DNA of 32,000 nt from Wigglesworthia glossinidia endosymbiont of Glossina morsitans morsitans (Yale colony) (GCF_000247565.1 NC_016893.1:150001-182000); one strand, 5' to 3'. Numbered from the stretch's first letter, positions 13,841 through 22,312 are shown. The notes: generated by a model from the sequence alone, not told the origin. Made by a program: numbers and translations.

Positions 13841-14866
13841 ATGATACTTGATATAACAAAAAAAAAAGAGAAAATAGCAAATTTCTGGTCTTTAGTGTTA
13901 TTTATTACTTGTATATTATTGTCTATTCCATTACATTTGTTTCCTTGTTACATTTCTGGATTTATAGCATATAATATAGTATTAAAAATTACTCCATTTT
14001 TTTCAAAAATAATTACTAATTGTCAATTACGTTGGATAATAGTGGCATTAATGTTTATTTTTTGCATTATATTAATAACAGTAATTATTTTTAGTTTGAT
14101 AATTATTATTTTATCTGACTTGCAATATATAATTGATATTTTTACACAAAATACCGATTATTTTTCTAATATTAATAAATATGTTCCAAATAATTTTTCG
14201 TCTTTTTTTTTAGATCATACTAAAAGTTTAAAAGATTATTTTATTGATTTAATTAAAGACAACTTAATTTTAATTAAACATGCAGGAAAAAATTTGTTAC
14301 ATGGACTAATTACTATTTTTATTAGTTTTGTGATTGGAATATTAATTGCTATTAATCAATTAACAGCTCAAAAAAAGAACACTACTCTTTTAATAAATAA
14401 AATTCAAGTACGTTTTGAATATTTTTCAAATTCGTTAAAAGATATTTTTTTTTCTCAAATAAAAATTTCTTTAGTAAATACTTTTTTAACTGCATTAATA
14501 ATATTAGTTATCTTTCCAATATATCGAATACACTTGCCTTTAAGTAAAACATTAATTATGGCAACATTTGTATTCGGTTTGATTCCTATTATTGGAAATT
14601 TTATTTCTAATTGTATTTTAATTGCTTCAGCGCTATCAATTTCATTAAAAATCAGCGGAATAATGTTATTATATCTAGTATTTATTCATAAATTAGAATA
14701 TTTTTTAAATGCAAAAATCATTGGAAATCGAATTCATTCAAAATCTTGGGAATTGTTACTATCTATGCTAATATTTGAAGCTTTTTTTGGCATAGAAGGC
14801 CTTGTAGTAGCGCCAATTTTTTACGCATATTTAAAAAAAGAATTGCAAGTTGCAAAAATTATTTAA
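13841..14866 (+). CDS. AI-2E family transporter (PerM/YdiK/TqsA-like inner-membrane permease)
   Basis: Polytopic membrane ORF with the family's C-terminal signature (...LIPIIGNFIS...HKLEYFLNAKIIGNRI......FGIEGLVVAPIFYA). The track starts at TTG 13829. I prefer ATG 13841, which has GGAG (13831-13834) 6 nt upstream. The exact E. coli orthologue was not resolved. Confidence 0.75.
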   Translation: MILDITKKKEKIANFWSLVLFITCILLSIPLHLFPCYISGFIAYNIVLKITPFFSKIITNCQLRWIIVALMFIFCIILITVIIFSLIIIILSDLQYIIDIFTQNTDYFSNINKYVPNNFSSFFLDHTKSLKDYFIDLIKDNLILIKHAGKNLLHGLITIFISFVIGILIAINQLTAQKKNTTLLINKIQVRFEYFSNSLKDIFFSQIKISLVNTFLTALIILVIFPIYRIHLPLSKTLIMATFVFGLIPIIGNFISNCILIASALSISLKISGIMLLYLVFIHKLEYFLNAKIIGNRIHSKSWELLLSMLIFEAFFGIEGLVVAPIFYAYLKKELQVAKII

Positions 14867-14891
14867 TTGTATTAAAAAAATTAAAATATTA

Positions 14892-17348
14892 TTATTTAAT
14901 ACAGTTAATTAATTTAAAAATATCATTAAAAATACTAGATGCAAATTTATTTTTAATTCTGCTAAAACTTTTTAAAATAATCGGATGTTCTTCTTTGTAA
15001 GAAGTAAAAAAAATAAATATTTTTTCTCCTGATTTTATATTAAATAATGGGTTTAAAGGTCCTACTGATTCTAATTTTACTGTGCATTTTCCTTTCTTAA
15101 TAGTACTAACGTAAGTTAACATTTTTCCTTTTTTTCGAATATTATGAATTTTTCTTTTAAATAAATTATTTATATATATAATATCGTGTAGTATTATATT
15201 TTTACGATCTTTATTTAATAATTTCTTTGAAATAATTGGTTCTACGTCTATATCTTTTAATTCTAATGAATACCCCAGTTCACGTGCGAGAATTAGCAAT
15301 TTTATTGCAGAACTTTTGCCAGTAATTGTATCATATAATTCTTGACGAGATAATCCCATTTGTTCAGCCAATAAGATAATATTATAAAATGGAGTTCCTT
15401 GATTTAATTTATCAAAAATAAGTGATATTATGCTGGATAATATACCTGAAAAATAAAAAAATTTTTTTTCTAATATGAGAAAGTTTTTTATATATTCTAC
15501 AATTGAAAATGGAGTATTAAATTGTGCATTGTAGAAAAATTTTCTATTTGAAAATTTTGCTACATTACGTATCTTTTTATATAAATTAATATTTAAACAA
15601 TTTGATTGTTTATTAGCTGAAATAATATGAAAACCATTTCTTAAAAAATCTAAATATTTTTTAGCTAATTGTTTATTTTGAGTACAGTCTAAAATTATTG
15701 GATTAGAAATACTATTTTTTTTGAGAAAATTAATTAAAATATTTGAATTAAATATTAATTGTGTTTTTAAAAATTCATGATGCCAATGTTTAGGAAAAAT
15801 TCCATATTTTTTAATTAACAATTTTTGCATATCAGATATTCCAAAAATTTTACAACTTATATTTTTTTTTTTAAAAAAATTTCTTCTTTTATAAATAAAA
15901 TCAATTAAATAAGTTTTTATATATTTATTGCCAATAATAAAAAGTGCGATGCTGTTTTTTGTATTAAAAAAAGTTTGATGTATTTTATTCATATCTTTTT
16001 TAATATTAGAACTTTTTAAAACAATAGATAATGTATTTGATTTAAAGCCTCCGTATATAATAGAAATTATTTTTTTATTTATATATGTTAGAATTTGAGA
16101 AAAATTTTTTACGTTATTATTATTTTTTAATATATTGGATCCTAATACAGAAATTAAAAACAAATTTGATTGATATTTAATTTTTTCAAATAAATTTTGC
16201 ATAATTTCTGCATTGAACTCAGATCGAATAATAATTTTAGATTTTTGTAATTCATTTTGAAATATTAATATATTTATATTATTGTTAGATTCTGACTGGA
16301 TAATTGAAATTATTTTAATACCAGAATTTAAAAATATGCGTGTGATACGCAAAGAAACATCTAAAATATACACCGTATATTGTATAAAAATACTTATCAT
16401 TGAAACTTTTTTTAAATAAGTAATTCCTTTAACTAAATTAGAATTTTTGTTATAAAAATTTCCAATTATAGTTCCAATAGAATTAGGACGATATGTATTT
16501 TTTATTAAACAAGGAATATTAAATTTTTTAATTGGAAACAAAGCACGTGCATGCAAAATATGTGCTCCTAGATAAGAAAATGTTGCTGCTTCTTTATAGG
16601 ATAAATTACGTATTAACTTAACGTCGTAAACTTCTTGTGGGTTTCCACTATACATACCATTTACGTCAGTCCAAATTTCGCACAATTGGGCATTTAAACA
16701 TGCAGAAAGAATAGTAGCAGAGTAATCTGATCCATTACGTCCAAGAACTACTAATTCTTTATATTGATTACCTGCAATAAAACCTGCCATTAAAATAATT
16801 TGATTTTTTGGTATTTGAATTTTTTCAATACGATACATTGTCTTTTGAAGATCTATAATAGATTCTAAATACTTACCTTTTGCTAAAAATAATTTTTCAG
16901 GATTTATAACAGTCACGTGTATACCGTTTTCTCGGAGATATATCTCCATGAGTTTCACAGAAATTATTTCACCTATACAGACAATTTTTGCGCTTATCGG
17001 ATGAGGACAAAATTTTAAATTAGCAGTGATTTTTAACAATTTATTTAAATAACAAAATTTCTTGTGAATAAATTGATGCATATAAAAATAATTTTTATTT
17101 TGAGATGAATTAAATAAAGATTGCATTAAAGTAAATAAAATATTTTTAGTAACATTAAATTTCGGAAAAATATCTATTTGTTTACGTGCTTGTTCGATCA
17201 TAGTAAACAAATTATTAGTTACTTTTTCAGGCGCAGATAACACGACAGCAATTTGTTCTTTTAAAGATTTATTTTTTATAATGTCAACTACATTTAAAAA
17301 ACATTTTGCGTTAGAAATTGAAGTTCCTCCAAATTTTAATACTCGCAT
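14892..17348 (-). CDS. thrA: Bifunctional aspartokinase I / homoserine dehydrogenase I (dehydrogenase half strongly degenerate, see findings)
   Basis: 818-aa ORF colinear with E. coli ThrA (820 aa). The aspartokinase motifs are intact: MRVLKFGGTS, VLSAP.K.TN, LMAGF.AGN, VVLGRNGSDYSA, CEIWTDV.G, IPCLIKNT. The C-terminal half aligns, but its key motifs are replaced. Confidence 0.9.
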   Translation of the reverse strand: MRVLKFGGTSISNAKCFLNVVDIIKNKSLKEQIAVVLSAPEKVTNNLFTMIEQARKQIDIFPKFNVTKNILFTLMQSLFNSSQNKNYFYMHQFIHKKFCYLNKLLKITANLKFCPHPISAKIVCIGEIISVKLMEIYLRENGIHVTVINPEKLFLAKGKYLESIIDLQKTMYRIEKIQIPKNQIILMAGFIAGNQYKELVVLGRNGSDYSATILSACLNAQLCEIWTDVNGMYSGNPQEVYDVKLIRNLSYKEAATFSYLGAHILHARALFPIKKFNIPCLIKNTYRPNSIGTIIGNFYNKNSNLVKGITYLKKVSMISIFIQYTVYILDVSLRITRIFLNSGIKIISIIQSESNNNINILIFQNELQKSKIIIRSEFNAEIMQNLFEKIKYQSNLFLISVLGSNILKNNNNVKNFSQILTYINKKIISIIYGGFKSNTLSIVLKSSNIKKDMNKIHQTFFNTKNSIALFIIGNKYIKTYLIDFIYKRRNFFKKKNISCKIFGISDMQKLLIKKYGIFPKHWHHEFLKTQLIFNSNILINFLKKNSISNPIILDCTQNKQLAKKYLDFLRNGFHIISANKQSNCLNINLYKKIRNVAKFSNRKFFYNAQFNTPFSIVEYIKNFLILEKKFFYFSGILSSIISLIFDKLNQGTPFYNIILLAEQMGLSRQELYDTITGKSSAIKLLILARELGYSLELKDIDVEPIISKKLLNKDRKNIILHDIIYINNLFKRKIHNIRKKGKMLTYVSTIKKGKCTVKLESVGPLNPLFNIKSGEKIFIFFTSYKEEHPIILKSFSRIKNKFASSIFNDIFKLINCIK

Positions 17349-17623
17349 ATTTATTGCTCTTTAAATAGAAGTTTATATGTAATAAAATATTTTTTATTAA
17401 AAAATTATATTATTAAATACATTTATTATAAAATAATTTAATTAATTTTTATATTAAAAATATATAATATAAATTTTATACTTATTAGTCATTAAAATAA
17501 CGTGCTTTTAGGCGTATAAATCGTAGTATTTTTCATTTATTCTAAGTTAGAATATTTTTAAAAAATAGAATATAATTATAAATAAACAATTTTCATCTTA
17601 TTTTAAGAATAAAGTAAATACAA

Positions 17624-18091
17624 GTGTCTCAAAAGAATAAATTACAGGTAGAAGCTATTTTTCAAGGAACTGTGATCGACCATATTCCAGCGAAAGTTGC
17701 GATTAAATTACTTAGAATTTTTAAATTATTGCGTACTACAGAACGAGTAACGATTGGTTTAAATTTGCCATCTAATCAACAAAATAAAAAGGATTTAATT
17801 AAGCTAGAAAACGTTTTTTTAAATGAAGATCAAGCTAATCAACTATCTATTTATGCACCATTAGCGACTGTTAATAGAATTAAAAATTATATTGTTATTA
17901 GTAAACAAAAATTAAAATTACCTAAAATAATAAATGGAGTTTTATCTTGTCCTAATGAAAACTGTATTAGCAGATGTGAATTAAAATCTTCCGATTTTTT
18001 TGTAAGATTTAAAATAAATAAAATTTATTTACAGTGCAAATATTGTGAAAGAGATTTTGAACATAAAATAGTAATTTTTAACAATATTTAA
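17624..18091 (+). CDS. pyrI: Aspartate carbamoyltransferase regulatory chain
   Basis: 155-aa ORF with a GTG start, colinear with E. coli PyrI (NKLQVEAI..GTVIDHIPA....KLL..FKL; ITIGLNLPS; KDLIK.EN.FL). The Zn-domain cysteines are intact (CPNENCISRCE ... CKYCE). Confidence 0.9.
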   Translation: MSQKNKLQVEAIFQGTVIDHIPAKVAIKLLRIFKLLRTTERVTIGLNLPSNQQNKKDLIKLENVFLNEDQANQLSIYAPLATVNRIKNYIVISKQKLKLPKIINGVLSCPNENCISRCELKSSDFFVRFKINKIYLQCKYCERDFEHKIVIFNNI

Positions 18092-18100
18092 ATTATAATT

Positions 18101-18127
18101 GTATTATTTATTTAAAATAAATAATAC
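18101..18127 (+). terminator. Candidate intrinsic terminator hairpin after pyrI (A/T-only stem)
   Basis: There is a perfect 11-bp inverted repeat, GTATTATTTAT-ttaaa-ATAAATAATAC, starting 10 nt after the pyrI stop. It is followed by TTCATTT. The stem has only one G:C pair and the downstream U-tract is poor, so its function is uncertain. Confidence 0.35.
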
Positions 18128-18270
18128 TTCATTTAGTAATATATTTGCAATATTTATTATTAAACTAATAGTTAATTAAAAAACTAACTTATATTTTTTT
18201 ATAAAATTTAATAAAATTAAAACATAAACTTGATATACAATATGGAAACTAATTTTTTTGGGAGATAATT

Positions 18271-19689
18271 GTGCACATTGATAACATAATGAATTTAATA
18301 AAAAATAAAAATATTATGTTTATTGATTTTCGATTTACAGATATTTTAGGAAAAGAACAACATCTTACTATACCTGCGCCAACAAAAAAAGAAAAATTAC
18401 ATCAAATTTTTCAAAATGGCAAAATATTTGATGGATCTTCAATAACAGGATGGAAAGATGTACACGAATCCGACGTTTTATTAGTTCCAGATATTAATAA
18501 AATTTTAATTGATCCATTTTATCATGATCCTACATTAGTAGTACGATGCGACATTTTTGAACCAGACAAATCAAGAGATTATAATCGCGATCCAAGATCA
18601 ATAGCTAAACGTGCTGAAATTTTTTTAAAAAAATCCGGAATTGGAGATGCTATATATTTTGGTCCAGAACCAGAATTTTTTTTGTTTGATGATATTCGTT
18701 TTTATACTGATATACACGGATCACAAGTAATTATTGATGATATCGAAGCAGCATGGAATACCGGAAAATACTATGCTAATGGAAATAAAGGATATCGACC
18801 ATATATTAAATCAGGATACTTACCGTTACCTCCAATTGATTCTTCTCAAAATATACGATCTTCAATGTGCACATTTATGAAAAAAATGGATATAGAAGTA
18901 GAAGCACACCATCATGAAGTAGCCACTGCTGGTCAAAATGAAATAGCTACACGTCATAATACGTTAATAAAAAAAGCAGATGAAGTACAAATTTATAAAT
19001 ATATTGTGCATAATACGGCATGTTTATTTAAAAAAACCGCTACTTTTATGCCTAAACCTATTCGAGGAGATAATGGTTCAGGAATGCATTGCCATGTTTC
19101 TATGAAAAAAAATGCTAAAAATATTTTCTTTGGAAAAGAATATGGTAATTTATCGAAACTTGCATTATTTTGCATCGGCGGAGTCATCAAGCATGCTAAA
19201 GCTATAAACGCTTTTTCTAATCCTACTACGAATTCATATAAAAGATTAGTTCCGGGCTATGAAGCTCCAACAATTTTATCCTATGCAATCAAAAATCGAT
19301 CTGCAGCTATACGTATTCCGGTATTTGATGATTCTAATTCATGTAGATTTGAAATAAGATTTCCAGATGCAACAGCAAATCCATATTTATTATTTTCATC
19401 TATACTAATGGCTTTTCTAGATGGAATTAATAATCAAATTTCACCCGGAATTCCAATAGAAAAAAATTTGTATGCTTGTGATACAAAAGCACTGAAAAAT
19501 ATTAATTATATTTCATCATCTTTGCAAGAAGCATTGAATGCTCTTGACCAAGATCGTAAATTTTTAATACAAGGCGAAGTATTTACTCATGATTTTATTG
19601 ATTCTTATATTTCAATACGTCAGAAACAGATTAACAAAGTACGTGCGACACCGGATCCAATAGAATTTGAATTATATTATTTATCTTAA
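18271..19689 (+). CDS. glnA: Glutamine synthetase type I
   Basis: 472-aa ORF colinear with E. coli GlnA (F.D.RFTD..GKEQH.TIPA, FDGSSI.GWK...[75 protein letters not shown]). It has a GTG start with GGGAG (18260-18264) 6 nt upstream. Confidence 0.96.
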   Translation: MHIDNIMNLIKNKNIMFIDFRFTDILGKEQHLTIPAPTKKEKLHQIFQNGKIFDGSSITGWKDVHESDVLLVPDINKILIDPFYHDPTLVVRCDIFEPDKSRDYNRDPRSIAKRAEIFLKKSGIGDAIYFGPEPEFFLFDDIRFYTDIHGSQVIIDDIEAAWNTGKYYANGNKGYRPYIKSGYLPLPPIDSSQNIRSSMCTFMKKMDIEVEAHHHEVATAGQNEIATRHNTLIKKADEVQIYKYIVHNTACLFKKTATFMPKPIRGDNGSGMHCHVSMKKNAKNIFFGKEYGNLSKLALFCIGGVIKHAKAINAFSNPTTNSYKRLVPGYEAPTILSYAIKNRSAAIRIPVFDDSNSCRFEIRFPDATANPYLLFSSILMAFLDGINNQISPGIPIEKNLYACDTKALKNINYISSSLQEALNALDQDRKFLIQGEVFTHDFIDSYISIRQKQINKVRATPDPIEFELYYLS

Positions 19690-19734
19690 TTTTTTAAAAA
19701 ATAAATATTTTTTAAAATTATAATATAAACTGAT

Positions 19735-20313
19735 ATGACATCTCAAGGACATTTTATATTCAGCTTATCCTGTGCAATTTTTTTAAAAAAAATAGAATTT
19801 TTTCGTACCCTAAATTTAGGAGAATGGGGTCATGTGATATCAGGTTGTATATGCACGTGCTTATTGCCTGATATAGATCATCCTAGTTCTTTTTTAGGAA
19901 AAAAACTATCCTGGATATCTGTCCCAATTTCTAAAACTTTTGGGCACAGAGGGTTCACGCATAGCTTATTTGCTTGCTTATGTTTGTACATAATGATATT
20001 TTCTATACCCTTTGTACGTAATTTTTTTCCTTTAGATTTTTCTTGTGCATTACTAGTTGGATATTTTAGCCATATATTAGCAGATTTTTTAACCCCATTA
20101 GGCGTACCTATTTTTTGGCCATTAAATATTCGATTTTGTATTCCTATATTATCTGCTAATAATTTAAAACGAGAAAAAAAATTATGTATGTTATTTTTAT
20201 TCGTTTCTATTTTATATCCGTTTAGTGAATTTTATTCTTTTAAAAATTTTATAGATTTTCAATTAATTAAAGATATCATAAAAAATATTTATAATTTGTT
20301 TATTGATTTTTGA
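19735..20313 (+). CDS. ydjM: YdjM-family inner-membrane metal-dependent hydrolase (DUF457)
   Basis: 192-aa ORF aligned with E. coli YdjM (MT..GH..FS..CA.F.K, CLLPDIDHP.SFLG..L.WIS.PI...FGHRGFTHSL, GY.SHILAD.LTP.GVP..WP). Confidence 0.8.
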   Translation: MTSQGHFIFSLSCAIFLKKIEFFRTLNLGEWGHVISGCICTCLLPDIDHPSSFLGKKLSWISVPISKTFGHRGFTHSLFACLCLYIMIFSIPFVRNFFPLDFSCALLVGYFSHILADFLTPLGVPIFWPLNIRFCIPILSANNLKREKKLCMLFLFVSILYPFSEFYSFKNFIDFQLIKDIIKNIYNLFIDF

Positions 20314-20557
20314 AAAATCAAATAAAATTAAAATATTTCACAAGTTTAACAAAATAAAGTAAAAATAAATTATTTTTATTTAAAAAAACTCGTTTTTTAA
20401 TTCATTATATATATGATATAAAATTTAAAAAAATCTTAAAAAATTAAAATCTTTAAATATCGTACTTAATAAAAAGTAGTAAATATATAATTATTTTTAA
20501 TTTCAAGTAAAACAAATTTTTTTAAAGATAAATAAGATAAATAAAATTTGAGGGTAT

Positions 20558-22204
20558 ATGTGTTCTATATTTGGAATTTTAGGAATTAAAGGAAATTATC
20601 AAGAACTGAGAAAAAAAGCAATATATTGCTCACATTTAATGTCGCATCGTGGTCCGGATGAAAATGGTATTTATACAGATAAAAACGTAATTTTACTACA
20701 TGAACGCTTATCTATTGTTGATATAAAAAACGGACATCAGCCAATCACTAATTCAAATAAAACAAACATATTAATAATGAATGGAGAAATTTATAATTAC
20801 GAAAAAATTAAAAAAAAATTATGTAATCATTATCAATTTCATTCACATTCAGATTGTGAAGTCATATTAGCATTGTATGATAAGTTCGGAGAAAATTTTT
20901 TAGATTTATTAAATGGTATGTTCGCTTTTATCTTATATGATACAAAAAAAAAGTGTTATTTAATAGGTAGAGATCATATTGGAATGGTTCCTTTGTATAT
21001 TGGATATGATATAAAAAAAAATTTATATATATCTTCAGAAATGAAAGCACTTATTCCAGTATGCAAAACTGTGCAAGAGTTTCCTCCTAGGAGTTATTTA
21101 TGGAGCCCAGATGGTATTATACGTCAATATTATTACAGAAAATGGTTTCAATATGAAAACATAAAAGATAAACCTGTAAACTATGAAAAAATTATATTTT
21201 CATTAAAAAAATCAGTAAATATGCATTTAAATTCCGACGTACCATATGCAGTATTATTATCAGGAGGTCTTGATTCTGCAATAATAGCATCTATAACAAA
21301 AAAATTAATAATGCTAAAAAATGGAAAATTAAAAAGAAAGCGATTACAATCATTTTCTATTGGATTGTTAAATGCTCCAGATTTAATTGCATCGAGAAAA
21401 TTATCTAGAATATTAAATACAAAACATCATGAAATAATATTTACAGAACAAAATGGATTAGATGTAATACGTCATGTAATTTACCACGTAGAAACATATG
21501 ATATTACTACAATTCGTGCTTCAATTCCAATGTACTTAATGTCTAGAAAAATTAAATCTTGCGGTATTAAGATGGTGCTTTCCGGAGAAGGTGCAGATGA
21601 AATTTTTGGAGGATATCTATATTTTCATTATGCACCTAGCGCAAAAGATTTTCATGAAGAGTTAGTAAGAAAATTAAAACTTTTGCACATGTACGATTGT
21701 GCACGTGCAAATAAATCTATGTTAGCTTGGGGAGTAGAGATCAGATTTCCGTTTTTAGAGAAAAATTTTTTAGATTTAATTATGAATATTCATCCAAAAC
21801 ATAAAATGTGCCCTAATAAACAAGTTGAAAAATACATCTTAAGAAAAGCTTTTTTTGAATATCTTCCCAAATCCATCTTATGGAGACAAAAAGAACAGTT
21901 TTCAGATGGAGTAGGTTATTCTTGGATTAATAGTTTACAAAAGTTATCTGAAAATGAAATTAGCGATAAAAAATTTGAAAATGCCCGTGTACGATTTCCA
22001 TATAATACTCCATATTCTAAAGAAGGTTATTTATATAGAGAAATTTTTGAAGAATTGTTTCCAATATCTAATGCAACAAAATGTATACCTTATGGTGCAT
22101 CGATTGCATGTTCATCATCAATTGCTTCAAAATGGCGTCAACTAGAACATATGATCCCGGACCCTTCCGGAAGAACATTAGATATACATACATCTAAATT
22201 GTAA
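20558..22204 (+). CDS. asnB: Asparagine synthetase B (glutamine-hydrolysing)
   Basis: 548-aa ORF with the N-terminal nucleophile MCSIFG, the PP-loop LLSGGLDSA, and the GEGADE.FGGYLYFH and WRQKEQFSDGVGYSW blocks as in E. coli AsnB. GAGGG lies upstream of the ATG. The Met-Leu-Gln tRNA cluster adjoins asnB, as I recall for the E. coli metT operon. Confidence 0.95.
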   Translation: MCSIFGILGIKGNYQELRKKAIYCSHLMSHRGPDENGIYTDKNVILLHERLSIVDIKNGHQPITNSNKTNILIMNGEIYNYEKIKKKLCNHYQFHSHSDCEVILALYDKFGENFLDLLNGMFAFILYDTKKKCYLIGRDHIGMVPLYIGYDIKKNLYISSEMKALIPVCKTVQEFPPRSYLWSPDGIIRQYYYRKWFQYENIKDKPVNYEKIIFSLKKSVNMHLNSDVPYAVLLSGGLDSAIIASITKKLIMLKNGKLKRKRLQSFSIGLLNAPDLIASRKLSRILNTKHHEIIFTEQNGLDVIRHVIYHVETYDITTIRASIPMYLMSRKIKSCGIKMVLSGEGADEIFGGYLYFHYAPSAKDFHEELVRKLKLLHMYDCARANKSMLAWGVEIRFPFLEKNFLDLIMNIHPKHKMCPNKQVEKYILRKAFFEYLPKSILWRQKEQFSDGVGYSWINSLQKLSENEISDKKFENARVRFPYNTPYSKEGYLYREIFEELFPISNATKCIPYGASIACSSSIASKWRQLEHMIPDPSGRTLDIHTSKL

Positions 22205-22272
22205 AAAAAAAGATTTTATCTGCAGTATACAACTAAATGAACTAAAAATTTTTAATTTATTGTAAAAATTAA

Positions 22273-22310
22273 TTGACTTCTTACATAATTACTGCGCATA
22301 ATGCGCCCTG
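22273..22310 (+). promoter_or_regulatory. Sigma70 promoter of the tRNA Met-Leu-Gln cluster with GC-rich (stringent-type) discriminator
   Basis: The elements are TTGACT (22273-22278), an 18-nt spacer, CATAAT (22297-22302), then GCGCCCTG (22303-22310). The tRNA begins at 22313. The string CATAATGCGCC mirrors TATAATGCGCC of E. coli rrnB P1 (from memory). A GC-rich block like this is conspicuous in such an A/T-rich spacer. Confidence 0.6.
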
Positions 22311-22312
22311 AT

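Noticed and set aside
17538-17554. 17-nt palindrome TATTCTAA-G-TTAGAATA about 70 nt upstream of pyrI.
   Set aside because: Palindromes with 8-bp arms are expected by chance several times in a window of this composition (same rough estimate as above). It resembles no known operator.
18243-18259. TGGAAACTAATTTTTTT as a possible sigma54 (-24/-12) promoter for glnA.
   Set aside because: Only the -24 GG is present. The -12 GC dinucleotide is missing, so it does not meet the TGGCAC-N5-TTGCA consensus.
18993-19190. 65-aa ORF on the minus strand.
   Set aside because: It is an antisense frame-shadow inside glnA.
19690-19734. I looked for a LexA (SOS) box upstream of ydjM, which is SOS-regulated in E. 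coli.
   Set aside because: No CTGT-N8-ACAG motif occurs in the 45-bp spacer.
21954-22145. 63-aa ORF on the plus strand in an alternative frame.
   Set aside because: It lies wholly inside asnB in another frame. The asnB frame is the conserved one throughout this stretch.
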